DNA of 37,700 nucleotides from a virus. Lineage: Duplodnaviria; Heunggongvirae; Uroviricota; Caudoviricetes. The stretch's first letter is position 1. Every line of letters starts with the position of its first letter. Where the stretch lies: positions 1-37,700 of the IMG/VR virus record IMGVR_UViG_2541047736_000004; one strand, given 5' to 3'. The notes beneath the pieces are model-generated. The model had not been told where the DNA came from, searched no databases, and was given only the letters and a program-made list of their open reading frames with translations. The position numbers and the translations under genes were made by a program. Of this stretch, positions 16,835-31,284 are shown piece after piece.

Positions 16835-17443
16835 ATGACTACTCAATTAGCATTCCACAAAACGACGTTTACCCCGATTTGCCACAATAACAGAATTTGG
16901 CTTACTGCCACTGAAGTTGGTTTAGCACTGGAATATGCGGACGATAAAGCAGTTCAGCGCATTTACTCTCGGCACTCAGATGAATTCACAGATATGATGA
17001 CAAGGGTGGTCAAAGTGACCACCCCTCGTGGAATGCAGGAGTCTCGAGTATTTAGCCTTCGCGGAGCCCATTTGATCGCCATGTTTGCTCGTACTCCTGT
17101 GGCCAAAGAATTCCGCCGCTGGGTTCTGGATATTCTCGATCGAGAAGTTCAACAATCCCCAATCACAAAACAATTCACTGATAACGAACTTTGCACACTC
17201 GCCTGGTTATGGCGAGCAAGTGATACGATGTTAACCGCCTGCCAGAACGTTACGCCCCTTCTTCAGGTCGCAGAGCATCGCGAAGCAGGTAGATTCACTT
17301 CAATCGAACAAGAATATCCTCGGATACTCAACAGGGCGCGAGAAATCCTTGCCAGAGAAACGGCGCATGTAAAATTCCAACCGTGGCAGGATGATAAGTG
17401 GAGTCGTGTGTTACCATATTTCCGTCAGAATCTGTTGCAATAA
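16835..17443 (+). CDS. Bro-N domain antirepressor-like protein (202 aa)
   Basis: N-terminal pattern FxxxxxxxRxxxxxGEPWF-like (ICHNNRIWLTATEVGLALEY) typical of Bro-N/KilA-N proteins. Confidence 0.6.
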   Translation: MTTQLAFHKTTFTPICHNNRIWLTATEVGLALEYADDKAVQRIYSRHSDEFTDMMTRVVKVTTPRGMQESRVFSLRGAHLIAMFARTPVAKEFRRWVLDILDREVQQSPITKQFTDNELCTLAWLWRASDTMLTACQNVTPLLQVAEHREAGRFTSIEQEYPRILNRAREILARETAHVKFQPWQDDKWSRVLPYFRQNLLQ

Positions 17444-17678
17444 AGTCACTAGTTAGAAATACTGCCAGCATTCTGCGATGACGGAAGTGCTGGCATTTTT
17501 TTTGGTAATGTGCGAGTCCATTTCATAAAATACGGGTACTGGAACTGGACGATATAATCTAAAAGATACCATTATCAGTAGCATTAAAATCGCTATGTGC
17601 CGATACGGATATAAATTATATTGATTGTTCACATACCTTATTGGATATTACTGAGGGGTGTTTATATAAGGTGTAACG

Positions 17679-18188
17679 ATGATGTGGAACTTTGACAGTG
17701 CCGACTTAAGTGCAATAGCAGCAGGCATTTCTGCGTTTGGCACATTAGCCGCAGCGGGGTCGGCGCTTGCAAGTTGGTACACGTCAAAAAAAGCGCTGCA
17801 GCTACAAAATAGAGTTTACCTTTATGAGTCTTTAAAGGCTTGCGCTGAGAGAGCCAATTCATCAGCTAAAGATAAGCGCGGATCTGAATGGAGCGTTAAT
17901 GATGCAGCGGATATCATCAGGTGCCTAGTACGGGCGATGGAGATCATCAAGCAGGATAGCCAGCAGAAAGAAGGTAATCAGGCATTAATGTTGAAACAGT
18001 ACTTTGTTAATCTGCTAATAATGGAACTGTACGAGGAAGTTCATAACGGTGATGCGGCTGATTCTGTTTTTAAAAGTACGGAACCTACACAAGTACTTGA
18101 TAACTTATGGAGCAAATGGCAGGAGGCTATAGCTTTTTTTGATATTTGGAATTACCCAGTTGCGACTGAGGAAGACTTGGCAGACTAA
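17679..18188 (+). CDS. Hypothetical protein with N-terminal hydrophobic helix (169 aa)
   Basis: ORF with a plausible RBS (AAGGTG); residues ~9-31 hydrophobic (LSAIAAGISAFGTLAAAGSALASWY); no recognised domain. Confidence 0.45.
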   Translation: MMWNFDSADLSAIAAGISAFGTLAAAGSALASWYTSKKALQLQNRVYLYESLKACAERANSSAKDKRGSEWSVNDAADIIRCLVRAMEIIKQDSQQKEGNQALMLKQYFVNLLIMELYEEVHNGDAADSVFKSTEPTQVLDNLWSKWQEAIAFFDIWNYPVATEEDLAD

Positions 18189-18249
18189 TTTTCAGCACAT
18201 TTGATTTCCAATAATCAACCAGCCATAATCATGCCATTGGAGCTTGAAC

Positions 18250-18354
18250 AACTCCGGTGACTTCTGCGCTAAACGGGGACGTTTATGCGCACATACAATC
18301 CAAACTCTCTTCTCCCTTCACAGATGCAGAGATGCACCTGCGATTTTTTGCATC
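18250..18354. repeat. Direct repeat copy B (partner of 16316-16420), directly upstream of ninB
   Basis: See copy A. Confidence 0.85.
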
Positions 18355-18382
18355 CAGCGTTTGACCTCTGCGGAGGTGAAGC

Positions 18383-18838
18383 GTGAACCTCCCACAAGAC
18401 GGCATCAAATTGCATCGTGGTAACTTCACTGCTATCGGTCAGCAGATCCAGCCTTATCTGGAGGAAGGCAAATGCTTTCGCATGGTGCTTAAACCGTGGC
18501 GTGAGAAACGCAGTCTTTCCCAGAATGCACTCAGCCACATGTGGTACAGCGAAATCAGTGAATACCTCATCAGCAGGGGTAAAACGTTCGCCACTCCAGC
18601 TTGGGTAAAAGATGCTCTCAAACACACATATCTCGGTTATGAAACCAAAGACCTGGTTGATGTCGTAACCGGTGATATCACCACTATCCAGTCGTTACGC
18701 CATACCTCCGATCTTGATACCGGAGAGATGTATGTCTTCCTGTGTAAGGTTGAAGCCTGGGCGGTGAATATTGGCTGCCACCTGACTATTCCGCAGAGCT
18801 GCGAGTTCCAGCTGCTCCGCGACAAGCAGGAGGCGTAA
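18383..18838 (+). CDS. ninB: NinB-family recombination protein (151 aa)
   Basis: [20 protein letters not shown] resembles the lambda NinB core (RSLDQNRKLWACLGDVS). Confidence 0.7.
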   Translation: MNLPQDGIKLHRGNFTAIGQQIQPYLEEGKCFRMVLKPWREKRSLSQNALSHMWYSEISEYLISRGKTFATPAWVKDALKHTYLGYETKDLVDVVTGDITTIQSLRHTSDLDTGEMYVFLCKVEAWAVNIGCHLTIPQSCEFQLLRDKQEA

Positions 18839-19008
18839 TGGCTACACCGCTTATTCGTGTCATGAACGGACACATCTACAGAGTATCAAATCGTCGTAAG
18901 CGTAAGCCTGAGCTGAAGCCATCCGAAATACCAACACTGCTCGGATATACCGCTAGCCTGGTTGATAAAAAATGGTTGCGACTGGCAGCAAGGAGGAATC
19001 ATGGCTGA
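18838..19008 (+). CDS. ninE: NinE-family small protein (56 aa)
   Basis: ORF under the track threshold, translated by hand ([56 protein letters not shown]); overlaps ninB stop and ybcO start. Confidence 0.55.
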   Translation: MATPLIRVMNGHIYRVSNRRKRKPELKPSEIPTLLGYTASLVDKKWLRLAARRNHG

Positions 19009-19291
19009 TTTGAGAAAAGCAGCGCGTGGTCGGGAATGCCAGGTAAGAATCCCTGGCGTATGTAATGGCAATTCTGAAACGTCTGTACTGGCACATATCC
19101 GGCTGGCTGGATTGTGCGGTACCGGTATCAAACCGCCAGACCTGATTGCCACCATTGCATGTTCTGCCTGCCACGACGAAATCGACCGCCGCACACATTT
19201 TGTCGATGCTGCATATGCAAAAGAATGCGCGCTGGAAGGTATGGCGAGAACACAGGTTATCTGGCTGAAAGAGGGGGTTATTAAGGCGTGA
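19001..19291 (+). CDS. ybcO: YbcO-like DUF1364 protein (96 aa from [14 protein letters not shown])
   Basis: Matches DLP12 YbcO as recalled; the supplied ORF has a 13-codon upstream extension. Confidence 0.8.
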   Translation: MADLRKAARGRECQVRIPGVCNGNSETSVLAHIRLAGLCGTGIKPPDLIATIACSACHDEIDRRTHFVDAAYAKECALEGMARTQVIWLKEGVIKA

Positions 19292-19650
19292 ATACCTACA
19301 GTATCACATTACCCTGGCCTCCGAGCAATAATCGCTATTACCGCCATAATCGCGGGCGCACGCACGTCAGCGCAGAGGGGCAGGCATACCGCGATAACGT
19401 CGCCCGAATCATTAAAAACGCAATGCTGGATATCGGCCTGGCTATGCCTGTGAAAATCCGCATTGAGTGCCACATGCCGGATCGCCGTCGCCGTGACCTG
19501 GATAATCTGCAAAAAGCCGCTTTTGACGCACTCACTAAAGCAGGTTTCTGGCTGGATGATGCTCAGGTCGTTGATTACCGCGTTGTGAAGATGCCTGTTA
19601 CCAAAGGTGGGAGGCTGGAACTGACCATCACCGAAATGGGGAATGAATGA
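19288..19650 (+). CDS. rusA: RusA Holliday-junction resolvase (120 aa)
   Basis: Matches E. coli RusA as recalled; GTG start overlapping ybcO stop. Confidence 0.9.
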   Translation: MNTYSITLPWPPSNNRYYRHNRGRTHVSAEGQAYRDNVARIIKNAMLDIGLAMPVKIRIECHMPDRRRRDLDNLQKAAFDALTKAGFWLDDAQVVDYRVVKMPVTKGGRLELTITEMGNE

Positions 19651-19787
19651 TGTTTGAGTTTAATATGGCAGAACTTCTTCGCCACCGCTGGGGGCGTCTG
19701 CGCTTATATCGTTTCCCCGGTTCTGTTTTGACCGATTACCGAATACTGAAGAATTACGCCAAAACCCTGACAGGAGCAGGAGTATGA
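19647..19787 (+). CDS. ylcG: YlcG-like small protein (46 aa)
   Basis: ORF under the track threshold, translated by hand ([46 protein letters not shown]); overlaps rusA stop. Confidence 0.65.
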   Translation: MMFEFNMAELLRHRWGRLRLYRFPGSVLTDYRILKNYAKTLTGAGV

Positions 19788-19872
19788 AGTCAGAGATAAC
19801 AATCAACTAATACTGTTTTGTTGATTTTTGCTTGTAATTGGCGTTCTGGTCTGATTTTTGTGGAGTAAGTTG

Positions 19873-20256
19873 ATGCGTGATATTCAGATGGTTCTTGAGC
19901 GTTGGGGAGCGTGGGCGGCTAATAATCATGAAGATGTGACCTGGTCGTCCATTGCCGCCGGTTTTAAGGGATTAATTACTTCAAAAGTAAAATCTCGCCC
20001 GCAATGTTGTGACGATGACGCGATGATCATTTGCGGGTGCATGGCCCGTCTGAAAAAGAACAACAGTGATTTGCACGATTTATTAGTAGATTATTATGTA
20101 GTCGGTATGACATTCATGTCACTGGCAGGTAAGCATTGCTGCTCTGATGGTTATATCGGGAAAAGGTTACAGAAGGCTGAGGGTATAATTGAAGGGATGT
20201 TAATGGCATTAGATATCCGGTTAGAGATGGATATCGTTGTTAATAACTCTAATTAA
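19873..20256 (+). CDS. quuD: Late-gene antiterminator Q, phage 82 / DLP12 QuuD type (127 aa from [10 protein letters not shown])
   Basis: Matches DLP12 QuuD as recalled; the supplied ORF starts 5 codons upstream. Confidence 0.85.
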   Translation: MRDIQMVLERWGAWAANNHEDVTWSSIAAGFKGLITSKVKSRPQCCDDDAMIICGCMARLKKNNSDLHDLLVDYYVVGMTFMSLAGKHCCSDGYIGKRLQKAEGIIEGMLMALDIRLEMDIVVNNSN

Positions 20257-20271
20257 TATGCCAATTGTTTA

Positions 20272-20307
20272 CTAAAAATTATTAAAAATGGGGCGTTGAG
20301 ACGCCCC
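20272..20307 (-). terminator. Intrinsic terminator, probably for nmpC
   Basis: Minus-strand hairpin GGGGCG-tctcaa-CGCCCC followed by ATTTTTAATAATTTTT. Confidence 0.5.
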
Positions 20308-20444
20308 CAAAAATAAAGGGTAATATATAACAGAAGGTTTATATAGTTAGAAGCAAGGTTGTGCTTCTAAAGGAAGTGGCTTGAGGGAGCCACTTATATG
20401 TTGGGGAGGCAAAGCCTCCCGCAACATATCTTTTAGTAATCAAA

Positions 20445-21527
20445 TTAGAACTGGTAAACCATACCTACAGCAACGATATCATCGGTAGCAACGCCAGATG
20501 CTTTCGTGAAATCGCTCTTATCAATCAGGTTGATTTTGTAATCAACAAAAGTGGACATATTTTTGTTGAAGTAATAGGTTGCACCTACATCAATATATTC
20601 AACCAGGTCCTGATCACCCCACGCACCCAAGTCTTTTCCTTTAGATTGCAGGTAAGCAACGGACGGACGCAGACCGAAGTCGAACTGATATTGTGCAACT
20701 ACTTCGAAGTTTTGTGCTTTGTTGGCAATATGGTTATTACCAAAAACAGTCATGTTCTGGGTTTCAGAATAGGTGGTAGCCAGATAGATGTTGTTCGCAT
20801 CATATTTCAGACCAGCTGCCCATACTTCAGCATTTTGACCAGATGCATTCAGGCTGTTGTTACCGTAGATAACCTGATTATTAGTGCGGTCAGATTTAGC
20901 ATAGGTTGCACCTACACCGAATCCTTCATACTCATAAGTAGTGGAGAAACCGAAACCATCACCATTAGCTTCAGTTACGTCAGTGCGGTCATTTTTACCC
21001 TGATACTGAGCAGCAAAGTTCAGACCATCAACCAGACCAAAGAAGTCGTTGTTACGATAAGTTGCAACACCAGTGGTGCGACCAGTCATGAACACATCTG
21101 TTTGGGTCCAGGTATCGCCACCGAATTCTGGCAGAACGTCAGTCCACGCACCGATGTCGTATGCTACACCGTAGTTACGGCCGTAATCGATTGAGCCGTA
21201 GTCACCGAATTTCAGGCCTGCAAATGCAAGACGGGTTTTGTCTTTGGAGGAACCTTGAGATTCAGCGCGGTTGCCTTTGAATTCATATTCCCACTGACCG
21301 AAACCAGTCAGTTGATCGTTGATTTGGGTTTCACCTTTGAAGCCAAGACGGGCATAAGTAGTATCACCATCATCTGCATCATTAGAGGAGAAGTAGTGCT
21401 TAGCATTAACTTTCCCGTACAGATCCAGCTTGTTACTGTCTTTATTATAAATTTCAGCTGCCTGAGCAGACATCGCCATCAGTACTGATGCAGCTACAGC
21501 AGAAATTGCCACTGTTAATTTTTTCAT
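20445..21527 (-). CDS. nmpC: Outer-membrane porin of the OmpC/OmpF family (360 aa), prophage moron
   Basis: Signal peptide plus typical porin beta-barrel sequence ending in F; recognised as NmpC of DLP12-type prophages; antisense to the late operon. Confidence 0.9.
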   Translation of the reverse strand: MKKLTVAISAVAASVLMAMSAQAAEIYNKDSNKLDLYGKVNAKHYFSSNDADDGDTTYARLGFKGETQINDQLTGFGQWEYEFKGNRAESQGSSKDKTRLAFAGLKFGDYGSIDYGRNYGVAYDIGAWTDVLPEFGGDTWTQTDVFMTGRTTGVATYRNNDFFGLVDGLNFAAQYQGKNDRTDVTEANGDGFGFSTTYEYEGFGVGATYAKSDRTNNQVIYGNNSLNASGQNAEVWAAGLKYDANNIYLATTYSETQNMTVFGNNHIANKAQNFEVVAQYQFDFGLRPSVAYLQSKGKDLGAWGDQDLVEYIDVGATYYFNKNMSTFVDYKINLIDKSDFTKASGVATDDIVAVGMVYQF

Positions 21528-21955
21528 CGTGAGCCCTTTTTTTTGAACTATTATTAAAAAATGATGTCACTGCGCGATAAATATTCATCTAATCAATGTG
21601 ATTATTTCAAGATGTAAGTTTTGGTTTCTCGTTTGATTTGTGAAGTAGATCTCTATTTTTATCTGAACTTTTTTCTATCGAATCCTATTCATAGCTCTTG
21701 GCTGAATAAAAATAAATCTATTAGCCAATTTATATTAACGGCTGTTATTTATAAGTGCTCTATAATTTGAAGGTTCAATTTAAATCGGCTAAAAATAACA
21801 CTGGAAATTATTTGTTGGTTATTTGTTGAGATTTGCTTATGTATTTGTAGTGGTGTTTTCAATACTCGGTAGCATTCTCGCAAATATCATTTAGTGGTTT
21901 ACGTACGTAAAAAATTGGTTATGCTGTTAAGAGTGGTTACTTCGTCACACAGCTT

Positions 21956-21988
21956 AAACCCGCCGTCGAGCGGGTTTTTCCATTTTTT
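21956..21988 (+). terminator. Intrinsic terminator upstream of the lysis cassette (tR'-like candidate)
   Basis: Plus-strand hairpin AAACCCGC-cgtcga-GCGGGTTT followed by TTCCATTTTTTG. Confidence 0.5.
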
Positions 21989-22100
21989 GAGTCTCGATAT
22001 TAGCTGATAACCCAATACCTGAGTTATTCACTGACTCCGAGTCTGTTACGTTTCGTAGTATTCCCTCAATTTACACCCGCTTTGTCTGCGAGGTGGGGTT

Positions 22101-22316
22101 ATGAAATCCATGGATAAGTTAACAACGGGTGTCGCCTATGGCACCTCAGCAGGTAGTGCCGGGTACTGGTTTTTACAGCTGCTAGATAAAGTCACGCCCT
22201 CACAGTGGGCGGCAATTGGAGTGCTGGGTAGCCTGGTATTTGGCCTGCTGACGTACCTGACAAACCTTTATTTCAAGATTAAAGAAGATAAGCGTAAGGC
22301 TGCGAGAGGTGAATAA
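22101..22316 (+). CDS. essD: Holin, phage 21 S-type class II (71 aa)
   Basis: Two TM segments; matches DLP12 EssD / S21 as recalled. Confidence 0.9.
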
Positions 22317-22813
22317 TGTCGCCATCATTACGCAAGGCTGTAGCAGCTGCTATTGGTGGTGGGGCTGTTGCCATAGCGTCTGTGCTCATCACTGGTCCGA
22401 GTGGTGACGATGGTCTGGAAGGTGTCAGCTACATACCATATAAAGATATTGTTGGTGTATGGACTGTATGTCACGGGCATACAGGAAAAGACATCATGCT
22501 CGGTAAAACGTATACCAAAGCAGAATGCAAAGCACTCTTGAATAAAGACCTTGCCACTGTCGCCAGACAAATTAACCCGTACATCAAAGTCGATATACCG
22601 GAAACAACGCGCGGCGCTCTTTACTCATTCGTTTACAACGTGGGTGCTGGCAATTTCAGAACATCGACGCTTCTTCGCAAAATAAACCAGGGCGATATCA
22701 AAGGCGCATGTGATCAGCTACGTCGCTGGACATATGCTGGCGGTAAGCAATGGAAAGGTCTCATGACTCGTCGTGAGATTGAGCGTGAAATCTGTTTGTG
22801 GGGTCAGCAATGA
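22316..22813 (+). CDS. rrrD: SAR endolysin, lysozyme (165 aa)
   Basis: N-terminal signal-anchor-release segment and lysozyme core; matches DLP12 RrrD as recalled. Confidence 0.9.
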   Translation: MSPSLRKAVAAAIGGGAVAIASVLITGPSGDDGLEGVSYIPYKDIVGVWTVCHGHTGKDIMLGKTYTKAECKALLNKDLATVARQINPYIKVDIPETTRGALYSFVYNVGAGNFRTSTLLRKINQGDIKGACDQLRRWTYAGGKQWKGLMTRREIEREICLWGQQ

Positions 22814-23271
22814 ACAGAGTAACCGCGATTATCTCCGCTCTGGTTATCTGCATCATCGTCTGCCTGTCATGGGCTGTTAATCATTACCGTGATAACGCCA
22901 TTACCTACAAAGCCCAGCGCGACAAAAATGCCAGAGAACTGAAGCTGGCGAACGCGGCAATTACTGACATGCAGATGCGTCAGCGTGATGTTGCTGCGCT
23001 CGATGCAAAATACACGAAGGAGTTAGCTGATGCGAAAGCTGAAAATGATGCTCTGCGTGATGATGTTGCCGCTGGTCGTCGTCGGTTGCACATCAAAGCA
23101 GTCTGTCAGTCAGTGCGTGAAGCCACCACCGCCTCCGGCGTGGATAATGCAGCCTCCCCCCGACTGGCAGACACCGCTGAACGGGATTATTTCACTCTCA
23201 GAGAGAGGCTGATCACGATGCAAAAACAACTGGAAGGAACCCAGAAGTATATTAATGAGCAGTGCAGATAG
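22810..23271 (+). CDS. rzpD: Rz i-spanin (153 aa from MNRVTAI)
   Basis: N-terminal TM plus coiled-coil periplasmic domain; start overlaps endolysin stop. Confidence 0.85.
   Translation: MNRVTAIISALVICIIVCLSWAVNHYRDNAITYKAQRDKNARELKLANAAITDMQMRQRDVAALDAKYTKELADAKAENDALRDDVAAGRRRLHIKAVCQSVREATTASGVDNAASPRLADTAERDYFTLRERLITMQKQLEGTQKYINEQCR
23030..23212 (+). CDS. rzoD: Rz1 o-spanin lipoprotein (60 aa), embedded in the +1 frame of Rz
   Basis: Lipobox LVVVGC and proline-rich sequence; nested within Rz. Confidence 0.85.
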   Translation: MRKLKMMLCVMMLPLVVVGCTSKQSVSQCVKPPPPPAWIMQPPPDWQTPLNGIISLSERG

Positions 23272-23302
23272 AGCTGCCCATATCGATGGGCAACTCATGC
23301 AA

Positions 23303-23596
23303 TTATTGTGAGCAATACACCCGCGCTTCCAGCGGAGTATAAATGCCTAAAGTAATAAAACCGAGCAATCCATTTACGAATGTTTGCTGGGTTTCTGTTT
23401 TAACAACATTTTCTGCGCCGCCACAAATTTTGGCTGCATCAACAGTTTTCTCCTGTCCAATTCCCGAAACGAAGAAATGATGGGTGATGGTTTCCTTTGG
23501 TGTTACTGCTGTCGGTTTGTTTCCAACAGTAAACGTCTGTTGAGCACATCCTGTAATAAGCATTGCCAGAGCGGCAGAAAACAACATTTTTTTCAT
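23303..23596 (-). CDS. bor: Bor lipoprotein (97 aa from MKKMLF)
   Basis: Near-identical to lambda Bor as recalled, with lipobox ITGC. Confidence 0.9.
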   Translation of the reverse strand: MKKMLFSAALAMLITGCAQQTFTVGNKPTAVTPKETITHHFFVSGIGQEKTVDAAKICGGAENVVKTETQQTFVNGLLGFITLGIYTPLEARVYCSQ

Positions 23597-24072
23597 CTTA
23601 TTATCCTGCATTGTTAAAAACGGCAGAATCCTATGTGACAACAATTAAACGATAGTTAAATGGATTGATGAAAAATAAAACTATATAGGTGGATGCTCAG
23701 CCTATTGGAGGAGGGGGGCACTCAGAATCCTGTGGAATGAAATAAACCGCTCTATCTGTCCATTACCCTTTTAGCTGCGCTGTATCGTCGCCGTATTCCC
23801 GCATTAGCCATCACCGTAGCCCGACGGGGAATTCCTTCTGCGTGAGTGTGCGGGAATAATCAAAAACGATGCACACCGGGTTTTTACCGCGTTTATGGTT
23901 CGCGGGGGTGTCCCTCATGCTCGCCAGTCCTGTGCGGGGGTGGAAGAAACAGGACGTGTATTCAGGTCTGTGTGACTGTGGTCGCAAGACTTTTGTCGTT
24001 CAGCTATTAAATCCCATTACGAAGTAGACCAGAACGGCCAACGGGTCCTTTCCGGCGATCCGACAGGTTACG

Positions 24073-24084
24073 GGGCGGCGACCT
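24073..24084 (+). other. cosN: 12-nt cohesive-end sequence GGGCGGCGACCT within the cos site (cosQ-cosN-cosB about 24000-24260)
   Basis: Sequence around it matches the lambda left and right ends as recalled. Confidence 0.9.
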
Positions 24085-24261
24085 CGCGGGTTTTCGCTAT
24101 TTATGAAAATTTTCCGGTTTAAGGCGTTTCCGTTCTTCTTTGCCGTAACTTAATGTTTTTATTTAAAACACCCTCTGAAAAGAAAGGAAACGACAGGTGC
24201 TGAAAACGAGCTTTTTGGCCTCTGTCGTTTCCTTTCTCTGTTTTTGTCCGTGGAATGAACA

Positions 24262-24781
24262 ATGGAAGTCAACAAAAAGCAGCTGGCTGACATTTTCGGC
24301 GCGAGTATCCGTACCATTCAGAACTGGCAGGAGCAGGGAATGCCCGTTCTGCGGGGTGGAGGCAAGGGTAATGAAGTGCTTTATGACTCTGCCGCCGCCA
24401 TAAAATGGTATGCCGAAAGGGATGCTGAAATTGAGAACGAAAAGCTGCGCCGGGAAGTTGAAGAACTGCGGCAGGCCAGCGAGACAGATCTCCAGCCAGG
24501 GACTATTGAGTACGAACGCCATCGACTTACGCGTGCGCAGGCCGACGCACAGGAGCTGAAAAATGCCAGAGACTCCGCTGAAGTGGTGGAAACCGCATTC
24601 TGTACTTTCGTGCTGTCGCGGATCGCAGGTGAAATTGCCAGTATTCTCGACGGGATCCCCCTGTCGGTGCAGCGGCGTTTTCCGGAACTGGAAAACCGAC
24701 ATGTTGATTTCCTGAAACGGGATATCATCAAAGCCATGAACAAAGCAGCCGCGCTGGATGAACTGATACCGGGGTTGCTGA

Positions 24782-24807
<26 letters not shown>
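24262..24807 (+). CDS. nu1: Terminase small subunit Nu1 (181 aa)
   Basis: Near-identical to lambda Nu1 as recalled. Confidence 0.95.
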
Positions 24808-28488
<3,681 letters not shown>

Positions 28489-28508
<20 letters not shown>

Positions 28509-29820
28509 TCTCCCGCATATTGCCAGCATGGCTTTTAATGAGCCGCTGATGCTTGAACCCGCCTATGCGCGGGTTTTCTTTTGTGCGCTTGCAGGCCAGC
28601 TTGGGATCAGCCGCCTGACGGATGCGGTGTCCGGCGACAGCCTGACTGCCCAAGAGGCACTCGCGACGCTGGCATTATCCGGTGATGATGACGGACCACG
28701 ACAGGCCCGCAGTTATCAGGTCATGAACGGCATCGCCGTGCTGCCGGTGTCCGGCACGCTGGTCAGCCGGACGCGGGCGCTGCAGCCGTACTCGGGGATG
28801 ACCGGTTACAACGGCATTATCGCCCGTCTGCAACAGGCTGCCAGCGACCCGATGGTGGACGGCATTCTGCTCGATATGGACACACCGGGCGGAATGGTGG
28901 CGGGAGCATTTGACTGCGCTGACATCATCGCCCGTGTGCGTGACATAAAGCCGGTATGGGCGCTGGCCAATGACATGAACTGCAGCGCAGGTCAGCTGCT
29001 TGCCAGTGCCGCCTCCCGGCGTCTGGTCACGCAGACCGCCCGGACAGGCTCCATCGGCGTCATGATGGCTCACAGTAATTACGGCGCTGCACTGGAGAAA
29101 CAGGGCGTGGAAATCACGCTGATTTACAGCGGCAGCCATAAGGTGGATGGCAACCCCTACAGCCATCTACCGGATGATGTCCGGGAAACATTGCAGTCCC
29201 GGATGGATGCAACCCGCCGGATGTTTGCACAGAAGGTGTCGGCATATACCGGCCTGTCCGTGCAGGCTGTGCTGGATACCGAGGCTGCAGTGTACAGCGG
29301 TCAGGAGGCCATTGATGCCGGACTGGCTGATGAACTTGTTAACAGCACCGATGCGATCACCGTCATGCGTGATGCACTGGATGCACGTAAATCCCGTCTC
29401 TCAGGAGGGCGAATGACCAAAGAGACTCAATCAACAACTGTTTCAGCCACTGCTTCGCAGGCTGACGTTACTGACGTGGTGTCAGCGACGGAGGGCGAAA
29501 ACGCCAGCGCGGCGCAGCCGGACGTGAACGCGCAGATCACCGCAGCGGTTGCGGCAGAAAACAGCCGCATTATGGGGATCCTCAACTGTGAGGAGGCTCA
29601 CGGACGCGAAGAACAGGCACGCGTGCTGGCCGAAACCCCCGGTATGACCGTGGAAACGGCCCGCCGCATTCTGGCCGCAGCACCACAGAGTGCACAGGCG
29701 CGCAGTGACACTGCGCTGGATCGTCTGATGCAGGGGGCACCGGCACCGCTGGCTGCAGGTAACCTGGCATCTGATATCCATAAAGAATTACTTAATACAC
29801 CTGAAGCTTTACCGGTATAA
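28489..29820 (+). CDS. C: Head maturation protease C with nested scaffold Nu3 (GTG start)
   Basis: Sequence from VTAELRNLPHIASMAFNEP matches lambda gpC as recalled; the supplied ORF has an N-terminal extension overlapping B. Confidence 0.9.
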
Positions 29821-29829
29821 GAGGCAGTT

Positions 29830-30162
29830 ATGGCGACAAAAGAAGAGTTTAACCATTACCAGCCGCTGGGTAACAGTGATCCGGTTCATACAGCAATTGC
29901 GCCTGGCGGATTGAGTGCGAAAACGCCTGCAATGACCCCGCTGATGCTGGATGGCACTACCCGTAAGCTGGTTGTGTGGGATGGCACCACCGACGGTGCT
30001 GCCGTTGGCATTCTGGCGGTTGCTGCTGACCAGACCAGCACCACACTGACGTTCTACAAGTCCGGCTCGTTCCGTTATGAGGATGTGCTCTGGCCGGAGG
30101 CTGCCAGCGACGAGACTAAAAAACGGACCGCGTTTGCCGGAACGGCAATCAGCATCGTTTAA
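29830..30162 (+). CDS. D: Head decoration protein D (110 aa)
   Basis: Matches lambda gpD as recalled. Confidence 0.95.
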   Translation: MATKEEFNHYQPLGNSDPVHTAIAPGGLSAKTPAMTPLMLDGTTRKLVVWDGTTDGAAVGILAVAADQTSTTLTFYKSGSFRYEDVLWPEAASDETKKRTAFAGTAISIV

Positions 30163-30217
30163 TCTTCCCCTTCATCAACAAAGGCCGCCTGTGCGGCTTT
30201 TTTTATGGAAATAATTT

Positions 30218-31243
30218 ATGTCTGTATATACAACTGCAGAATTACTGGCATCGACCCAGCATCACTTTAAGTTCGATCCGCTGTTTCTGCGCCTGTTTTT
30301 CCGTGAAACCTATCCTTTCACCACGGAGAAAGTCTATCTCTCACAAATTCCGGGACTGGTAAACATGGCGCTGTACGTTTCGCCGATTGTTTCCGGTGAG
30401 GTTATCCGATCCCGTGGCGGCTCCACCTCTGAATTTACGCCGGGTTATGTCAAACCCAAGCATGAGGTGAATCCGCAGATGACCCTGCGTCGCCTGCCGG
30501 ATGAAGATCCGCAGAACCTGGCTGACCCGGCTTACCGTCGTCGCCGTATTATTCGGCAGAATATGCTGGATGAAAATCTGGCGATTGCCCAGGTCGAAGA
30601 GATGCAGGCAGTTTCTGCCGTGCTTAAGGGCAAATACACCATGACCGGTGAAGCCTTCGATCCGGTTGAGGTGGATATGGGCCGCAGTGAGGCGAATAAC
30701 ATCACGCAGTCCGGCGGCACGGAGTGGAGCAAGCGTGACAAGTCCACGTATGACCCGACCGACGATATCGAAGCCTACGCGCTGAACGCCAGCGGCGTGG
30801 TGAATATCATCGTGTTTGACCCGAAAGGCTGGGCGCTGTTCCGTTCCTTCAAAGCCGTCAAGGAGAAGCTGGATACCCGTCGCGGCTCTCATTCCGAACT
30901 GGAGACAGCGGTAAAAGACTTGGGCAAAGCGGTGTCTTATAAGGGAATGTATGGCGATGTGGCCATCGTCGTGTATTCCGGGCAGTACGTGGAAAACGGT
31001 GTCAAAAAGAACTTCCTGCCGGACAACACGATGGTGCTGGGGAACACTCAGGCACGCGGTCTGCGCACCTATGGCTGCATTCAGGATGCGGACGCACAGC
31101 GCGAAGGCATTAACGCCTCTGCCCGTTACCCGAAAAACTGGGTGACCACCGGCGATCCGGCGCGTGAGTTCACCATGATTCAGTCAGCACCGCTGATGCT
31201 GCTGGCTGACCCTGATGAGTTCGTGTCCGTACAACTGGCGTAA
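30218..31243 (+). CDS. E: Major capsid protein E (341 aa)
   Basis: Matches lambda gpE as recalled. Confidence 0.95.
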   Translation: MSVYTTAELLASTQHHFKFDPLFLRLFFRETYPFTTEKVYLSQIPGLVNMALYVSPIVSGEVIRSRGGSTSEFTPGYVKPKHEVNPQMTLRRLPDEDPQNLADPAYRRRRIIRQNMLDENLAIAQVEEMQAVSAVLKGKYTMTGEAFDPVEVDMGRSEANNITQSGGTEWSKRDKSTYDPTDDIEAYALNASGVVNIIVFDPKGWALFRSFKAVKEKLDTRRGSHSELETAVKDLGKAVSYKGMYGDVAIVVYSGQYVENGVKKNFLPDNTMVLGNTQARGLRTYGCIQDADAQREGINASARYPKNWVTTGDPAREFTMIQSAPLMLLADPDEFVSVQLA

Positions 31244-31284
31244 TCATGGCCCTTCGGGGCCATTGTTTCTCTGTGGAGGGGTTC

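Noticed and set aside
20350-20421. Hairpins between Q and nmpC as the Q-dependent tR' terminator
   Set aside because: None is followed by a proper plus-strand U-run; the only hairpin with a T-run (20290-20307) is oriented for the minus strand. Kept as an open question rather than a feature.
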